A stretch of 64,000 nt of DNA from assembly GCF_006345805.1 (NCBI RefSeq), contig NC_043011.1:37026464-37090463 (forward strand), written 5' to 3'. Below are positions 40,689 to 54,365 of this stretch, piece by piece. Below the pieces are notes generated by a model. That model worked only from the letters and a program-made list of their open reading frames with translations, was not told where the DNA came from and did not search any database. Origin of the DNA: Octopus sinensis (Eukaryota). A program made the translations under genes and the position numbers. Position 1 is the first letter of the stretch, and each line of letters begins with the position of its first letter.

Positions 40689-41150
40689 GTATATATACAT
40701 ATATAATATATAATATATTTATATGTATAAATGTTTGTGTATGTACGTATATATATATATTTGTTTCCCTGTCTGGATGTATGTTTATCTATATTAATAT
40801 ATGTGAATCCGTCTGCATGTGTGTGTATATACACTTGCTTTCGCTGATAGATTCAAATTACTGGTTTTTTTTTATATATCATTATACGCATTCTTAGAAT
40901 ACACTTTAAAATTAATCTTATTCAAATTATTGGAGGGGCTTCTTTATTTCATTCCCTTTCTACATGTTTTTTCTTATTGGTAATACTTCGCTTTCTATAT
41001 GCTTAAATGTAATTGTCTGTCACAAATAAATTGCACTTTACATCTGAGATTCCGATGGAGCTGTAAGGAGTCCGTTGCATCGTACAGTAGAGAGAGCTGT
41101 ACGCTAATGAAGCTTATCAAATAATAGATTATTCTTTAGTTGTCTCATTT

Positions 41151-41252
<102 letters not shown>

Positions 41253-41831
41253 GATATATAAAGATATCCCTGATGTGGTAAGATGTTGAATTTATTTAAC
41301 AATAAAATTTGAAAAATCACTAGAAATTTGTTTCCGTCACCTAAAACATATAATATCATATAGCGTCAAATATAATCATAAACTAGCAATTTAGATGCCT
41401 GCATTAATTCGAAATACGAAGGGTTCACTGAAGATAATGTAAAAGTTTGTGATACCCCATCAGGGGAAATTATTTGATTGTTAAACACACTTCGATTTTA
41501 ATATACCTTGTATGAAAGGCATATTGTCAATGCATTACCTCCTGTGAACTATACATATTTTGAATTAACATAGACATGGAAGTAGCTTATTTATTATTAA
41601 ATACAATAATATATGATATTTACATGTTTGGGGCTACTAAAACAAATTTGTAGTGTGTTCTCAATGTTTATTGTTAAGTAAATTCATCATGTGTTTGCAT
41701 AATTTACACCTTTACTTTCTCCTTTTTCTTTCCTCGTGTATATTACCATATACTCTATATGATTTATGCTAAGACAAACTAAAGAGCAGTTTCATAAATA
41801 CAACTGGATTACTCGAATCCTGGAATGGCTT

Positions 41832-41905
<74 letters not shown>

Positions 41906-42040
41906 ATTGTAATGTTAAGACAACAAAAGAATGAATGAGACCTCGATATTATGCAAATAGAGGAATTTACCTGTAATTTAATGTGTGACAATTATTCGGT
42001 TGCCATAATAAGACTCCAAGTCAGGTATCTCCTGCATGTC

Positions 42041-42101
42041 GATAACTGACGAGATGCCGGACCAGTTTTCCGCCTCAACATCCGAAATTCGGAGTCTCAT
42101 T
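42041..42101 (+). ncRNA. Type I minimal hammerhead ribozyme candidate
   Basis: gataa CTGACGA gatg...catc c GAAA ttcggag T C tcatt: intact core, GUC triplet, stem I with 4/5 pairs. Confidence 0.6.
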
Positions 42102-42161
42102 ATGGCAACCGAATAATTGTCACATATTTTATTACACACACACACACACACACATATATAT

Positions 42162-42269
<108 letters not shown>

Positions 42270-42280
42270 GATATATATAT

Positions 42281-42371
<91 letters not shown>

Positions 42372-42430
42372 TAACAGAATGAGATAAAGAATCAAAGGCT
42401 GTGAATAGTTTTCAGAACATTTATAAAGAG

Positions 42431-42478
42431 GTCTTACAGCTGTTTTCGGTGTATTTTATATATCCCTTCATCAGAGAC
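42431..42478 (-). ncRNA. Type I minimal hammerhead ribozyme candidate
   Basis: gtct CTGATGA A gggatat ataaa atacacc GAAA A cagctg T A agac: perfect 4-bp stem I, palindromic ACAGCTGT stem III, GUA triplet. Confidence 0.6.
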
Positions 42479-43194
42479 GATGCGAGGGAATGTTTAAGTA
42501 ATTGTTATTATAAAGAAGATATAAAATACTGAGTGAAGTGGAGGAATGAGAACAGCAGTAAGATACGTAACGATATTGTATCTGCAGACCCATTATTTAA
42601 GCTGAATGGTGTATATATAAGATTCCTATATCTTGTGTGTGAGTTCCAATACATATAAGTTAGAGGTTAGACAACCATCTAAGGGACAATAAATATTCAA
42701 TAAACTACTGTATGTATATGCATGTATGTAGATTGATAGATATTGATATATGCAAATATATATGTATGCATGTGTGTGCGCTCGCGTTTGTCGTGTCTTT
42801 ACGTTACACATGTACATATCTTAAAACTTAGATATAATAAACCCGCAAAAAACATTAAAAAATATACAAATATAGCATTGATGAAACTACAGCCGTTTCG
42901 CTTGAACTTCAGTTATTTGTCTTCGCTTCCGCCGTTGCCGGTCATATAGTCTGCAACAATGTTTTTTATGGTTATTCTCTATATACAGCGCAGGGCACTT
43001 CCTTGTCGTGACATTTAGAATTTGAAAGATAGATTCCCGCCTCGTTTTCCTCATGTTAAGTGATTGTGTTTGTTTGTTTGTTGGTGGGTGGATGGATGGG
43101 ATTGTAGAGTGTCGATTTTTTTTGTTACTTTGTGTGATCGGGAGTGCTTCTACAGCTGCATCCATATTATACTCACTACTCGTGGAATTTCTAT

Positions 43195-44030
43195 TATTGT
43201 TGATGCTGTTGTTGTTGTTGTTGTTGTTGATGATGATGACGACGACGACGACAACCACGACGATGAAGATGGGGATGATCGTGATGATGATGATGGTGGT
43301 CGTGGTGGTCGTTGTGAGGATGATGATGAAGATGTCGGCGACGACGACGACGACGATGACGACGATGATGATGATGAAAACGATGATGAATTCATCACTA
43401 TGAAAGCAAAAAGTCAAACAAGGAGGAGTTTCGCAAGAAGAGCTTGGCGTCAGTTGAATGGAGACAGTTGGGAATAAAATAAAGTATGAAGAGTAGGAGG
43501 ATATGTTACATAAGGAGGAAGAGGAGGTGGAGGAGGGAAAATAAGTAGGTATGGAAAGAAAGAGAGAAATAAAGAAAGAGAGAGTAAGCAAGAGAGAGGG
43601 AGAGAAAGAAAAAAGAACGAATGAGAGGAAGAGGGAAAGAAAGAAAGACAAAGAAAGAAGGAAAGAAAAAAAGAGAGAAATAAAAGATGGAAAGAAAGAG
43701 AGAAAGGAAGAAACAAACAAAGAAAGAAAGCAGAAAAACAGAGAGAAATCAAAGTAGGATGAAAGAATGAATGAATGAATGAAGGAAGGAAGAAAGGAAG
43801 GAAGGAAGGAAAGAAGGAAGGAAGGAAGGGAAGGAGGAAGGGAGGAAGGAAGGGCGGATAAAAGAAAGAAAGAATGAAACAAAGAGAGAAAGAGAAAGGA
43901 AGAAAGAAAGAAAGAAAGAAGGAAAGAAAGAAAAAAGAAAGAAAGAAAGAATGCAAGAAGACAATGAAAGAAAGAAAGGAAGAAGGAAGGAAGGAAAGCG
44001 AAAGAGAAAGAAAAGAAAGAAAGAAAGAAG
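43195..44030. repeat. Compound (GTT)n/(GAT,GAC)n and (GAAA,GGAA)n low-complexity tract
   Basis: Directly visible. Confidence 0.95.
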
Positions 44031-46321
44031 ATTCCCCTTTGTATTGTATATGTGTAAGAGATGTACGCCATTGCGATGTCATCTTCCGAAGCAATAGATT
44101 AACATCATTCGATTAAGTTAGAGGCCATTGATGTCGCCGTTTGAGACTAAGTAATTTGTCGGAATGCTATAAATGACAGAGCGCTAAATGAACTATTTCA
44201 ATTTGGTCAGGAATATTTCACTGTTTTGAATGTCGCTTACAAAAACTTTATTGTAAAATTAATGAGCATAAAATGTGAAAGTGTCTCTCAGAAAACTGTG
44301 TCTGTTGGAAAACTTATAATGGAAAATAGCTTAAATTTCCATTTTATCCAATCAACTTTTTATTATTTCTTCAACAATTTCACCTGATTTATGGTATTAT
44401 TTCGACAATGTGTGTTATATCTTCCTTAAACATTTTGATAAATTTAACTCTATACACACAGTGCAATCTAACGGTCTCTTACGAAATGTGTAAAAGTCTT
44501 TAATCAAATCACTTGTAACGTTTCTAACCAATTCTTACATATTGACTCTAATATTTCTATTCTGTTGCGAAAGTAATTTTTCAATTTTTCTTTTCTTATG
44601 CTTCTCTTTCTGCTACTGCTTCTGGTTTTGTCTTTGGAATCGCATGACAAGGAATCAATGTTTGAATGCGCCAACAGTTACAATTTTAAAGTATCTCCTT
44701 TGGAGTGACCGTACCATCCATTAATTTTCATCCTTTTGTGGAGTTTAAGGGCCGATATATCTGATCATTAATCTCCATTTTTATTATATTTAAGTGGACA
44801 AGAGACAATTCAGAATTCTTGCTAGTCTACAAGACGTAACTAAATAATAACTGGAGTTTCTTTATAGCAGTCTCGCCAGATAGGAATAGCAGTAAAATTG
44901 CTAATAAATCACACGTTTCTATCTGAAAAACCAAAATAAAAACTAATTCAAAAACATCTAGATACTTTTTCAATACCTTCCCTATCGTTATTTCAATGCC
45001 TTCCGCTCCTTGCATTCAAGATTAAAAGCTCTCTGTACAATTTTCTATGCAGACTTCTGCAATAGAAGTCTCTTTGTCTATGTTTATTCTGCCTCAATCC
45101 CTTTGGCTTTTGCGGATTATAACAATTTTGTGCGCTACTTCTTTTTCAATGACTCACTTGAAAAAATAAAATGAATATAATATAACCTAGAAATAACATA
45201 ACTAAATCAAATACCAGGATATCTCCATAGATTTTCTCATTGAAATTAATGAACATATTACCCAGATGTTACAGAATGCTGATCTCAAAACCAAATGCAT
45301 AACATGTATTTTACTTCGATTCCATTTCTTTTTATTTTTGGTGATTTATTTATTTAATATTTCTTTTTCATTTCTTTTTCAGATCTGTAATTGTTCACAT
45401 TAGAAATAGAAGAATTTTGGGAATATATCAAAGCAAAGACAACCAGTATTGCCCCCTGATTTACATGCTGATTTTTTGAGTGATGTTGCAAGTATACAGG
45501 AAGAAAAATATTCACAATCGGAGAAATGTTATGATAAACTAAAGCGAAGAAAATCGAACACGAGCCACTGAACAGAAAAATATAATTTGAAATGAATCCT
45601 AAATTTAGCATTTTCTTCCACGGTTTTATATAAGAATTTATCGATATGTGTGTATCCATGTGTGTGAATATCCGTATTAGATCCCTAAAAATGTTCCTCT
45701 GGTTTTTTTGTTTTCATCCGAGTGAATATCAATATAATACGATCATAAAGTATTTCCTTTTCATGATTTCTCTGAATCCATCACGTATGCAATTTTCATT
45801 ATCATTAAATGAATATAAAAACCGGTGTGTATCTAGTCGTATAAATCCGAATGCCACCCAAATTTTATATATGTCATATGATATGATATATGATATACGC
45901 ACACATCCGCACACACACATGTGCATACATACATACAGACACACACACACACACACATGTCTTTTGCAGAGCCACTGTGTTAGGGGGGATATAAACATAC
46001 ATAAGTATGTATATATGTATGTATTATGTTTGTTTGTATGTATGTATGTATGTATGCATTATCTATGTATGTATATATTTTGTTTGCATGTATGTATGTA
46101 TTATCTATGTATGTATGTATAATGTTTGTATGTATGTATTATGTATGTATGTATGTATGTATTATGTTTGCATGTATGTATTATGCAGATCTGTTGCTAT
46201 ATGAGTATCTAAATTGGTTATATAAGATGTTATTCACAGAATCATGCTTCTATCAAAGAAAGCTTCTCTTACGGAAATTAATACATGAAGGAGTACGGGC
46301 TGTAAGTATGGAAACCAAGTG

Positions 46322-46500
46322 GTTAAACAAATATATGGCTTTATGGTAAGAAGTTTGCTTCCAAACCATATGATCCCATTTTCGGTCCCATTGCATTTCA
46401 CCTCGACTAAGTGTCTTCTACTTTAGCATCAAAGCGACTAAGGCTTTGCGCGTGGATTAGGAAGACGGAAACTGAAAAAGCCAGTCGTATATACATATGC
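46322..46500 (+). mobile_element. Degenerate SINE family A 5' half
   Basis: TGGCTTTATGGTAAGAAGTTTGCTTCCAAACC head and GGAAACTGAAAAAGCCAGTCG. Confidence 0.7.
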
Positions 46501-47369
46501 ATGTATGTGTGTGTGTGTGTGAGTGTTAAAGAAGAAAATGTAGAGTTTTAACAGATAGCTTTAATTTATTAACATATTGTCAATTTAGATTTGCCTACAA
46601 TCGTTTCCACATCCAACTCATTCAAATTACAAATTCATGAATTAATATTGTATTTTGAGAATTGTGAGTTAAATCTTTCGTCAGGACAAAAAATTGACAC
46701 AAAAGTCATTACATTTTAATTGATTGAGTCTTCTCGACAGATTAAACATATCAACTTTCGTATATTTATGTGTGCGTGTGTGTGTTAGTATTTTGAAAAA
46801 AAAAAACAACGAAAGAAACCGTTAAAATGTGTGTATGGTTATTGTTTTTATTGTTTTGTGTGCATGTGTGTGTGTTAGCATGCTTGAAAATAAAAGAACC
46901 GTTAAATTTGCATATATATTATTTTCTATTATGATTAACAGTAAGTTAATCTATTAATTTATTTTAATGCATATTATTAATTGTGAGAACAGGAACAGAT
47001 AGTATAATTTATACGAATTAATTAAATTATTTTCTAAGTTAATTATTCATAATTATTGGTACTAAATCAATTTATATTCATTTAATTTATTTAATTTCTG
47101 TTAAATAATAGCCATCAATATTAATGAGTAAAGCGTGACCCCCGAATTGTTTCGTTCATATCTAGGATTAAACCGGGAAACTTGGATGCTAACATCCCAT
47201 TTAAGAAGAATCTATATCCTCACAATAACATTCTCACACACACACGCACACACACACACACACATACACACAGACACACACAAACACACACACTCACACA
47301 CACACACACACACACACACGCACGCACACACACACACACACACTCACACGCAAACACACATACACACAT

Positions 47370-47407
<38 letters not shown>

Positions 47408-47412
<5 letters not shown>

Positions 47413-47893
47413 ATTGCTGAGTTTTATTACAATATTTCTTGCCAATAGAAAAAGAGACTAAAAATTCTTCCAAGCGGTACACCAGCATGGTCGCAGTCTA
47501 ATGTCTGAAACAAGCAAAATATCCAAGGCTCCCTCATTGGAATTTCAGCCTCAACAACAGGGTATTTTTGTTTGTATGTTTATAGGTACATGTATAGATT
47601 TGTATTTTTTGCTTTGTATGTATTCTCATCCATATAGTTGCATATCTAGACATGCTCATGTATATTTAAATGCTAAACGTCTGGAAAGTTTTACAGATAT
47701 TTACAGTTCCAGTGATGAATTAGATTTGTAGTCTTCGAATTAGCATTCTCCTTTCTGGTTTTGAGAAGCCTCATTTCTCAAGATTGGTATTTAAGCAGTG
47801 TCGTACATATGTCAGGACCCCAGTTATTACAGGTATAAACCTGAACGTGTAATCTGGATAGAATAACTACAGATTTCTCAAAAGTTCAGCGGT
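47408..47893 (-). mobile_element. RLE-type (R4/Dong-like) retrotransposon 3' end (ORF terminus plus 3' UTR)
   Basis: Minus strand reads ELLRNL*LFYPDYTFRFIPVITGVLTYVRHCLNTNLEK*GFSKPERRMLIRRLQI*FITGTVNICKTFQTFSI*. The UTR ends ...AATAAAACTCAGCAATGA|CATATATA. A SINE-A tail piece is inserted at ~47461-47520. Confidence 0.72.
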
Positions 47894-47929
47894 GGTATGT
47901 ATGCATGTATGTATTTCTATGTGTGTGTG

Positions 47930-48152
47930 TCTTCGCATTTGTGTATGTCCCCACAACCGCTTGACAATCAGTATTGGTGCGTTTATATCCCCTTAACCGA
48001 ATCTGATAGAATAAGTCCAGGCTTAGGAAAATACTAAGTACTGAGGTTGATTCAGTCGTCTAAAAATTCTTCCGAGCGGTGGTCCAGCATGACCGCAGTC
48101 TAATGTTTGAAATAAGCAACAGATAAAGATACTCGTACCTCCTGGCTTGATT

Positions 48153-48193
<41 letters not shown>

Positions 48194-48425
48194 GCGTATG
48201 TGTGTATGTGTATGTGTATTTTCTTTTACTTCTTTCAGTCACTAGACCTCGGCCAAACTGGGTCAGCGCACCTAAGAATGTAGGTAAACAAATCAACCCC
48301 TCTACTTATTGTTTTTAGACGCGGAACTTACTCTATCGGTTACTATATGTTGAACCGCGAAGTTTATGGGACGTAAACATCCAGTACTAGCAGCTAAGTG
48401 ACGGTGGGTCACAAACGAAACGACA
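47930..48425. mobile_element. Two SINE family A 3' halves, tail-to-tail
   Basis: Plus-strand copy at 47930-48125 and minus-strand copy at 48215-48425. Confidence 0.7.
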
Positions 48426-48476
48426 TACACACTCTGATGTATACATATGTACATACATCATATATTTATATATATA

Positions 48477-48520
<44 letters not shown>

Positions 48521-48535
48521 AGAGAGAGAGAGAGA

Positions 48536-48650
48536 GAATTTACAAAAAAGATGTATTCGTTTAACGCTCGGGAAGTGAGAACGTCTTTTACGTTTCGAGC
48601 TTATGCTCTTTAACAGAAAGGAACACAGAAATAAACAGGGAGAGAAAATA
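48536..48650 (-). mobile_element. Short repeat carrying an HHR-like motif (CUGUGGA family), copy 4
   Basis: Reverse complement reads cttt CTGTTAA A gagc ataa gctc GAAA cg T A aaag at 48585-48620. Confidence 0.8.
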
Positions 48651-50714
48651 TATATATATATATACTTACATAAATATATACATACGTACATATATACATA
48701 CACATAATACATACATACATACATACACACACATACGTAAGTACATACCTACATACACACACATACGTACGTACATACATACATACATACATATGCGACA
48801 GCCCGATTAAGTTTTCTTCTAGCAAATCCCCTAGTCACCAACTAGCAGCTCCCACGATGCTTCCTTTTCGAAAATGTTGCTGCTGTTGCCGTTGTTGACG
48901 CTGTTGATACTGAAAAATCACACGAAACTCTCCATGTTGATTCTACTAGAATTTGGAATAGGTAACCCTTTGGAAATCATGATTGTATAGTATATTTAGC
49001 CATTCTTTACGTAAAGCAATATCATATTTCCCCTTCTTTTACATTTTAAGGTAATGTTTCTTAAGAATCACGCGTAGCCATTTCATTTCGGATTAATATA
49101 CTGAACTTCTTAATACTGACTAACATTTTTAGTACACTTCTTTTCCTCGTTGCGAACAAAAGTCTTCTTACTTGGCTTGGTGACATGATTGATTTGAAGT
49201 GGACGAAGAATGCATCCACAGAGGAAGTAACATCCTGCTTGATACGAATCCTCATTAGATAGCTGAGCAACATGACAGCTCTCACTTGCAAAGAGGCATC
49301 GCAGCAGTAGGCAGAATTTAAGAGTTATATTTTCTGTCAAGATTGCTCATGGAAACCTTGTTAAATTACATATTTAAAAAAAAGCAAATACTCATAACAA
49401 CCCCTTTTTGACAGTTTAACAACCTCCGTGAGCTTTTCAAATGTCATCTATATATTGCCATGATTTTAGCTGCTTCACAGCGAACACATTCATGCAACTC
49501 TGTGTTTCTGTATGTCATATCTGTATTGATGCAGTTTATAGTTTACCTCTTACGTGAACATTTTTTTTTTCAGTTTAAGAATAGGGTTTGTTAAATAAGA
49601 AATATTGAATAAATTCTTTTTCCTCCTTCGCATTGATAATTTTGGATTCTGTTACTTTCCTATTTCTGTAGAATGTTGGGAGCTTAATATGTATCTAGAG
49701 ACAGTGATTGATATAATTTATTGTAAAAGGGAGTCGGAACTGGAACGTAAAATATGTTAATTATTTTTGTTGGGGCTATTTGAACGTATCAATCATTCCT
49801 GTTAGATTGACCTTCACTTTCAGAAAACGATTTTCAATATACTGTACATTTAAGGATGTGGGCAAAAATTTGTAACAACCAAATGTTATGCTTAAACAAT
49901 TATTCAGATTATAATGTGAATAACATGAGACATTATTGCTATAAAAAATACAAATAAGCTGGTTGAACAGAATTGAAACACCATGTCTATTAATTATCGA
50001 GTAAATGTTACAAATTACGACGCATAGGGCTTCCATAACGTCCTTGACATTTTATAAGAAACCCGTGAACCCGCCGTTGGTTCTACGGTGCAACCCATTA
50101 CTTTTAAAGTGATCTGATTTAAAATATTCCATCAATATTCCGTGTTGATTTATATTCTAAAACAACAGCTTAATAGTGACAAAGTTATTTTAATGAATTC
50201 TTTATGATTTTCAGACTCAAAATAATTACAGTGCCGTGCAACAGAAATATGGTAGCACAGGTGTTAGGTTCAAGCATTTATTTTCTCTTAGAGCAGCATA
50301 ATTCTAAGTGTAGCAGTACACGAATGTAATAACTGTTTTATTCGAACATTTAAGTACAAAGAAACAAGAAAGGTAAACAGGTAAGAAACGCAAAATAATG
50401 AAAGGACAAAAGATGGACAATAAAGCAGCAGAAGATGAAAAGGATGAGGGTGATGGACCATATATCCCAGAACAAATAGTGTATTCAGCCGTGTCCCGCG
50501 TTAACGTCTGATGGCGTTGCCGCAGAGAATGGCCAGCGATACTCGTTATAGAAGCCATTCCATGTCGCAGGGTACATTTCTTCGACAGGCCACCGTTTTC
50601 CCTATTTTGCGCAGGAATCTTCATTATCAACTTGCTGCTTCAGTTGTCAAATAATGAAGTCTGCTCTTTCGTAGAAATTCTATAGATTTTAGCCAATCAC
50701 CTATTGGGATTTTG

Positions 50715-50975
50715 GGCGTAACACGCGCCTTGCATAGCATTCGTCCAGCACGTTCTGTCTTGTATTTTTTTCATTTCCTTCTGCTTCATTCCATTCATGT
50801 CTTCGTCAACTCTTCTACCGATTTCCGCTTGATGATCATGGGATATTCGGCTTTACTTATTGTTCCCAAGTTCTAACCCAAATCTTTTTTTGGTAAACAT
50901 CGCACTGGACTTCTCAGGGTTTGGCTTATCCACTTCTTCTTACATTTCATTATCTGTTGATCAAGGGTTTCTTAG
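50715..50975 (-). mobile_element. Old RTE-clade LINE 3' fragment
   Basis: QQIMKCKKKWISQTLRSP (KRKWRWIGHTLRK-like) and RVDEDMNGM...KKIQDRTCWTNAM (DM...AQDR..WR-like), frameshifted. Confidence 0.55.
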
Positions 50976-52362
50976 AAACCGATGGCGTAATCAAGACATC
51001 TTTAAGAAATAAATACGAATTTTAATTAGTTTTAATTTTACAAAGCTACTATATACCAATTCATAATTTAAGACTTACTATTTTTAATGAAATATTGTAA
51101 ATCGGATATATGCCATCGGCTAACAGTGTTGAATGCATGCATAGGTAAGTATAGATGGGAATGCACGATAGGCGAGAGGGAAAAAAACAGTTTAACTTCC
51201 TCTGAAAGATTCTTACTAAATACTGCTAGGATTATGGGCTTTGGATTTAAAATAAATCTAAAGCTTTGTATATTATTTTTTGGCTTTCCTCACAATGTTT
51301 TAGTTACAAATTTCAGCAGAATCTATCTGCCGTTTTGTTTCTATGGCATTTCATAGATTAGTAGAGTTTCTAACAACAATATCAGACGGTATTTAGCCTT
51401 GTAAGCTTTCAAGGACATCTTTGTAACTTTATCCTTCTTGAGTCGATATAAGTTCCAGCAAAATACTGGGCTGGATATAATTGCTGGGTTCCTCCTGTAA
51501 TCCAAAATGAGCTCATCATGTTTGACAAAAATATTCCAGCAATCAATAAAAGGGTTACGTTTATAAATCTACAACGGTTCTACTGTAGTCAAAGACGAAC
51601 CATCGAAGTTGTCGTTCAGTCTGTTTGCAACACCGGTGATTTGTCCCTGAAATATTACTTCACTCTTTCAACTATATTGTGTTCGCATTCCCTATGCAAT
51701 ACACTTCCTATGTGTCTCAAGTTTTAAATTATTCAAGAAATTCAAGAACGCTAGTAAGACTGTTTACTTCTCCACTGAGAAATTTATAGTTAGAACATAT
51801 TTTCATCATAGATGTTCTCATAAAATAACGAAAGATTCTCTTTTGTTTAAATACAATCATTTAAAATTAGACGGAGTTGTATCGAATAATCAAGTGTTGT
51901 TTCTCTTGTACTGGTATCAGTTGAAGTAAATAATGAGAGATTGAATATTTTAGGCTCTCTCTCTATTAGAGCTGGGAACATTTGACGACATAGCTGTGCA
52001 ATGAGAACTAAAATGGGAGTTTAATATTGAATTATCATGAAGAACAAAGCCAGGAGATTGGAGTGGGGGAGGGAATCAATTGATTACATCGACCCCAGTA
52101 GTTGAGTGCTACTTTATTGTGTTGACCTGAGAGAGATGAAAGACAAAGATGATATCCACAAGAATAACTTCGTCTTTTATCAATCCGGAGTAAATAATTT
52201 TAAGAACAAATCTGGAAGGACATGGATGAGAACAGGAAGATGGCAGTTCAGTATATGTGGTATACACGAATGAAGATGTTACTTCTTCGGTGACATAACA
52301 GCGCATATTAAAGTCAGTATTAGATTTTGGTGTGAAAGTTTCCATGAAAACAACACTAGAAA

Positions 52363-52748
52363 TCTCTCTCTATATAAACGGCAGTTTGTCTGTGCGTTTT
52401 CTGTGTGTCTGTTTTCTCGTACCCTCACTCTGACCACGGCTTTCAACCGATTCTGATGAAACTTGACACACACATAGCCCAATGTCATAATTCAAACCTA
52501 ACGCAGCGAAAATTTTGAAAAGTTCCCCCAGTTCTGAAAAAGATCGATAAATTCGACATGGGGTCGAGAATCAAAAACCCAAACCACAGACCGTCTAGGG
52601 GACGCAACTCCACCTTTTTTAACTCTCAAAATAAAAATTTACCATCATTTTTTTTCCATTTTTTTGCTATTTTTTGGCTATAACTCTCTAAAAATGCTTT
52701 ATAGTTATTTCCCTTACAAACCTGAGCAACGCCGGGCGATACTGCTAG
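52363..52748 (+). mobile_element. Non-autonomous Helitron
   Basis: A|TC(TCTC)TATATAAA 5' end and CCTGAGCAACGCCGGGCGATACTG-CTAG|T 3' end, shared with the 14867 element. Confidence 0.85.
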
Positions 52749-52984
52749 TATGTCTATAAAATAACGACAGTGCGTGTTCACCGAGTTTTCATTCACTAAA
52801 TTGATCTAATCCCTTCATTAAAGTATGTCCCATTCACTTGACCGTGTGAAAATGCTCCCCTCCTAACATATCTCATCGGTTAAAAGTTTGTTTAATGATT
52901 GTAAAATTATTAATAAATTTTTGTTTCCTCATGCGTTTATAGAACGGCGAATATATTTATACAGTGTGCATAATTCTGTCTTTG

Positions 52985-53195
52985 TATTATAGGGCACAAT
53001 GCTTGAAATGTTGAGGGAGAGTGGGCCAGACGATTATATCGACCCCAGAGCATGACATTTAAATAACTAATCGACACAGAAAAGATTAAAAACAGAGTCG
53101 ATTTCGGAAGAATTAGAACTCAGAACGTAAAGGCCGGATGAAATGCCGCTAGATATTTTGTCAGTCCTGCTAAAGAGTCTGCTAGCTCGCACCTT
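52985..53195 (-). mobile_element. Diverged SINE family B
   Basis: GAACTCAGAACGTAA...CTGCTAGCTCGCACCTTA. A further 3' fragment lies at ~52040-52150. Confidence 0.75.
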
Positions 53196-53320
53196 ATACA
53201 TTGCGTATAACAACATATTCTAGATGGAGATGTTTCCTATGCAAGTATTTTGCCTCATTAAGACAATTGCTTTCAATGGATTTTAGCTATAAATATGTAA
53301 CACTGGCAACAGTGTTACTG

Positions 53321-53417
53321 TATGAGTCTAAAAAATACTGTTGCGTTGAGTCTAAAAGTCCTGTTGCTATGAGTTTAAAAATATTGTTGCTATGAATCTA
53401 AAAATACTGTTGCTGTA
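53321..53417. repeat. ~22-23 bp minisatellite, about 4 units
   Basis: TATGAGTCTAAAAATACTGTTGC-like units. Confidence 0.8.
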
Positions 53418-53942
53418 AAATATATCTAAATTGTAGACTTGTATGGTGTGGATGTGTCTTCAAAACTAAACAAGAACTCTTCCGGTCAAGTGTTCCAGAT
53501 GAGCCTACCTCACGGCATCAAAGTTCCTCATTGACAAAGTGCCACATATGAGGGGAGGTTTCAAATAATGGTGTGGCACAGTTGACGGTGGTGCCCCAGC
53601 ATGACCGCTGCCTTGAAACTGAAAGTTTTTAAAAAGTTAAAGATATATATTTAAAATACGATTATCAAAAAATGTTTTTCACTTTCTAGATACCTGTTAA
53701 GACATTTGAAATCGATTCTGTGACATGTATCATCAATTTTTAATAAAGTATGTTTTAAAATCATTTAAAAGTGCAAAATCTATTCCCTGGTGTAAAATTT
53801 ACTCACAGCAAACCTTTCTTAACAGTGATAAATATACTCACTAATTCTTAGTCATTGATAAGGAAGTTTTAGTGACTTCAAAATCAGTCACATTTATTTA
53901 AAACAATTAGATATTCTTGAAAATCTATTCTTGAAAATCTAT

Positions 53943-54108
53943 AGGCGCTGGAGTGGCTGTGTGGTAAGTAGCTTGCTAACCAACCACATGGTTTCGGGTT
54001 CAGTCTCACTGCGTGGCATCTTGGGAAAGTGTCTTCTGCTATAGCCCCGGGCCGACCAATGTCTTGTGAGTGGATTTGGTAGACATAAACTGAAAGAAGC
54101 CTGTCGTA

Positions 54109-54155
<47 letters not shown>

Positions 54156-54365
54156 TTGTGTGTCTGTGTTTGTCCCCCTAGCATTGCTTGACAACCGAAG
54201 CTGATGTGTTTACGTCCCCGTCACCTAGCGGTTCGGCAAAAAGAGACCGATAGAATAAGTACTGGGCTTACAAAAAATAAGTCTCGGGGTCGATTTGCTC
54301 GACTAAAGGCGGTGCTCCAGCATGGCCGCAGTCAAATGACTGGAACAAGTAAAAGAAATAAAAGA
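53943..54365 (+). mobile_element. SINE family A, full length
   Basis: Close match to the 21248 copy. A degenerate copy lies upstream at ~53440-53640. Confidence 0.93.

Noticed and set aside
41415-41740. Possible mariner MITE starting TACGAAGGG
   Set aside because: The matching right TIR is not convincing and there is no coding remnant.
42887-44094. 394-aa and overlapping ORFs
   Set aside because: Made of low-complexity (GAT)n/(GAAA)n sequence open in multiple frames, with no protein motif.
50304-51010. Possible host exon or ORF after TTCTTAAAG on the minus strand
   Set aside because: The downstream sequence is better explained as a decayed RTE fragment, and the 108-aa ORF has no recognisable motif.
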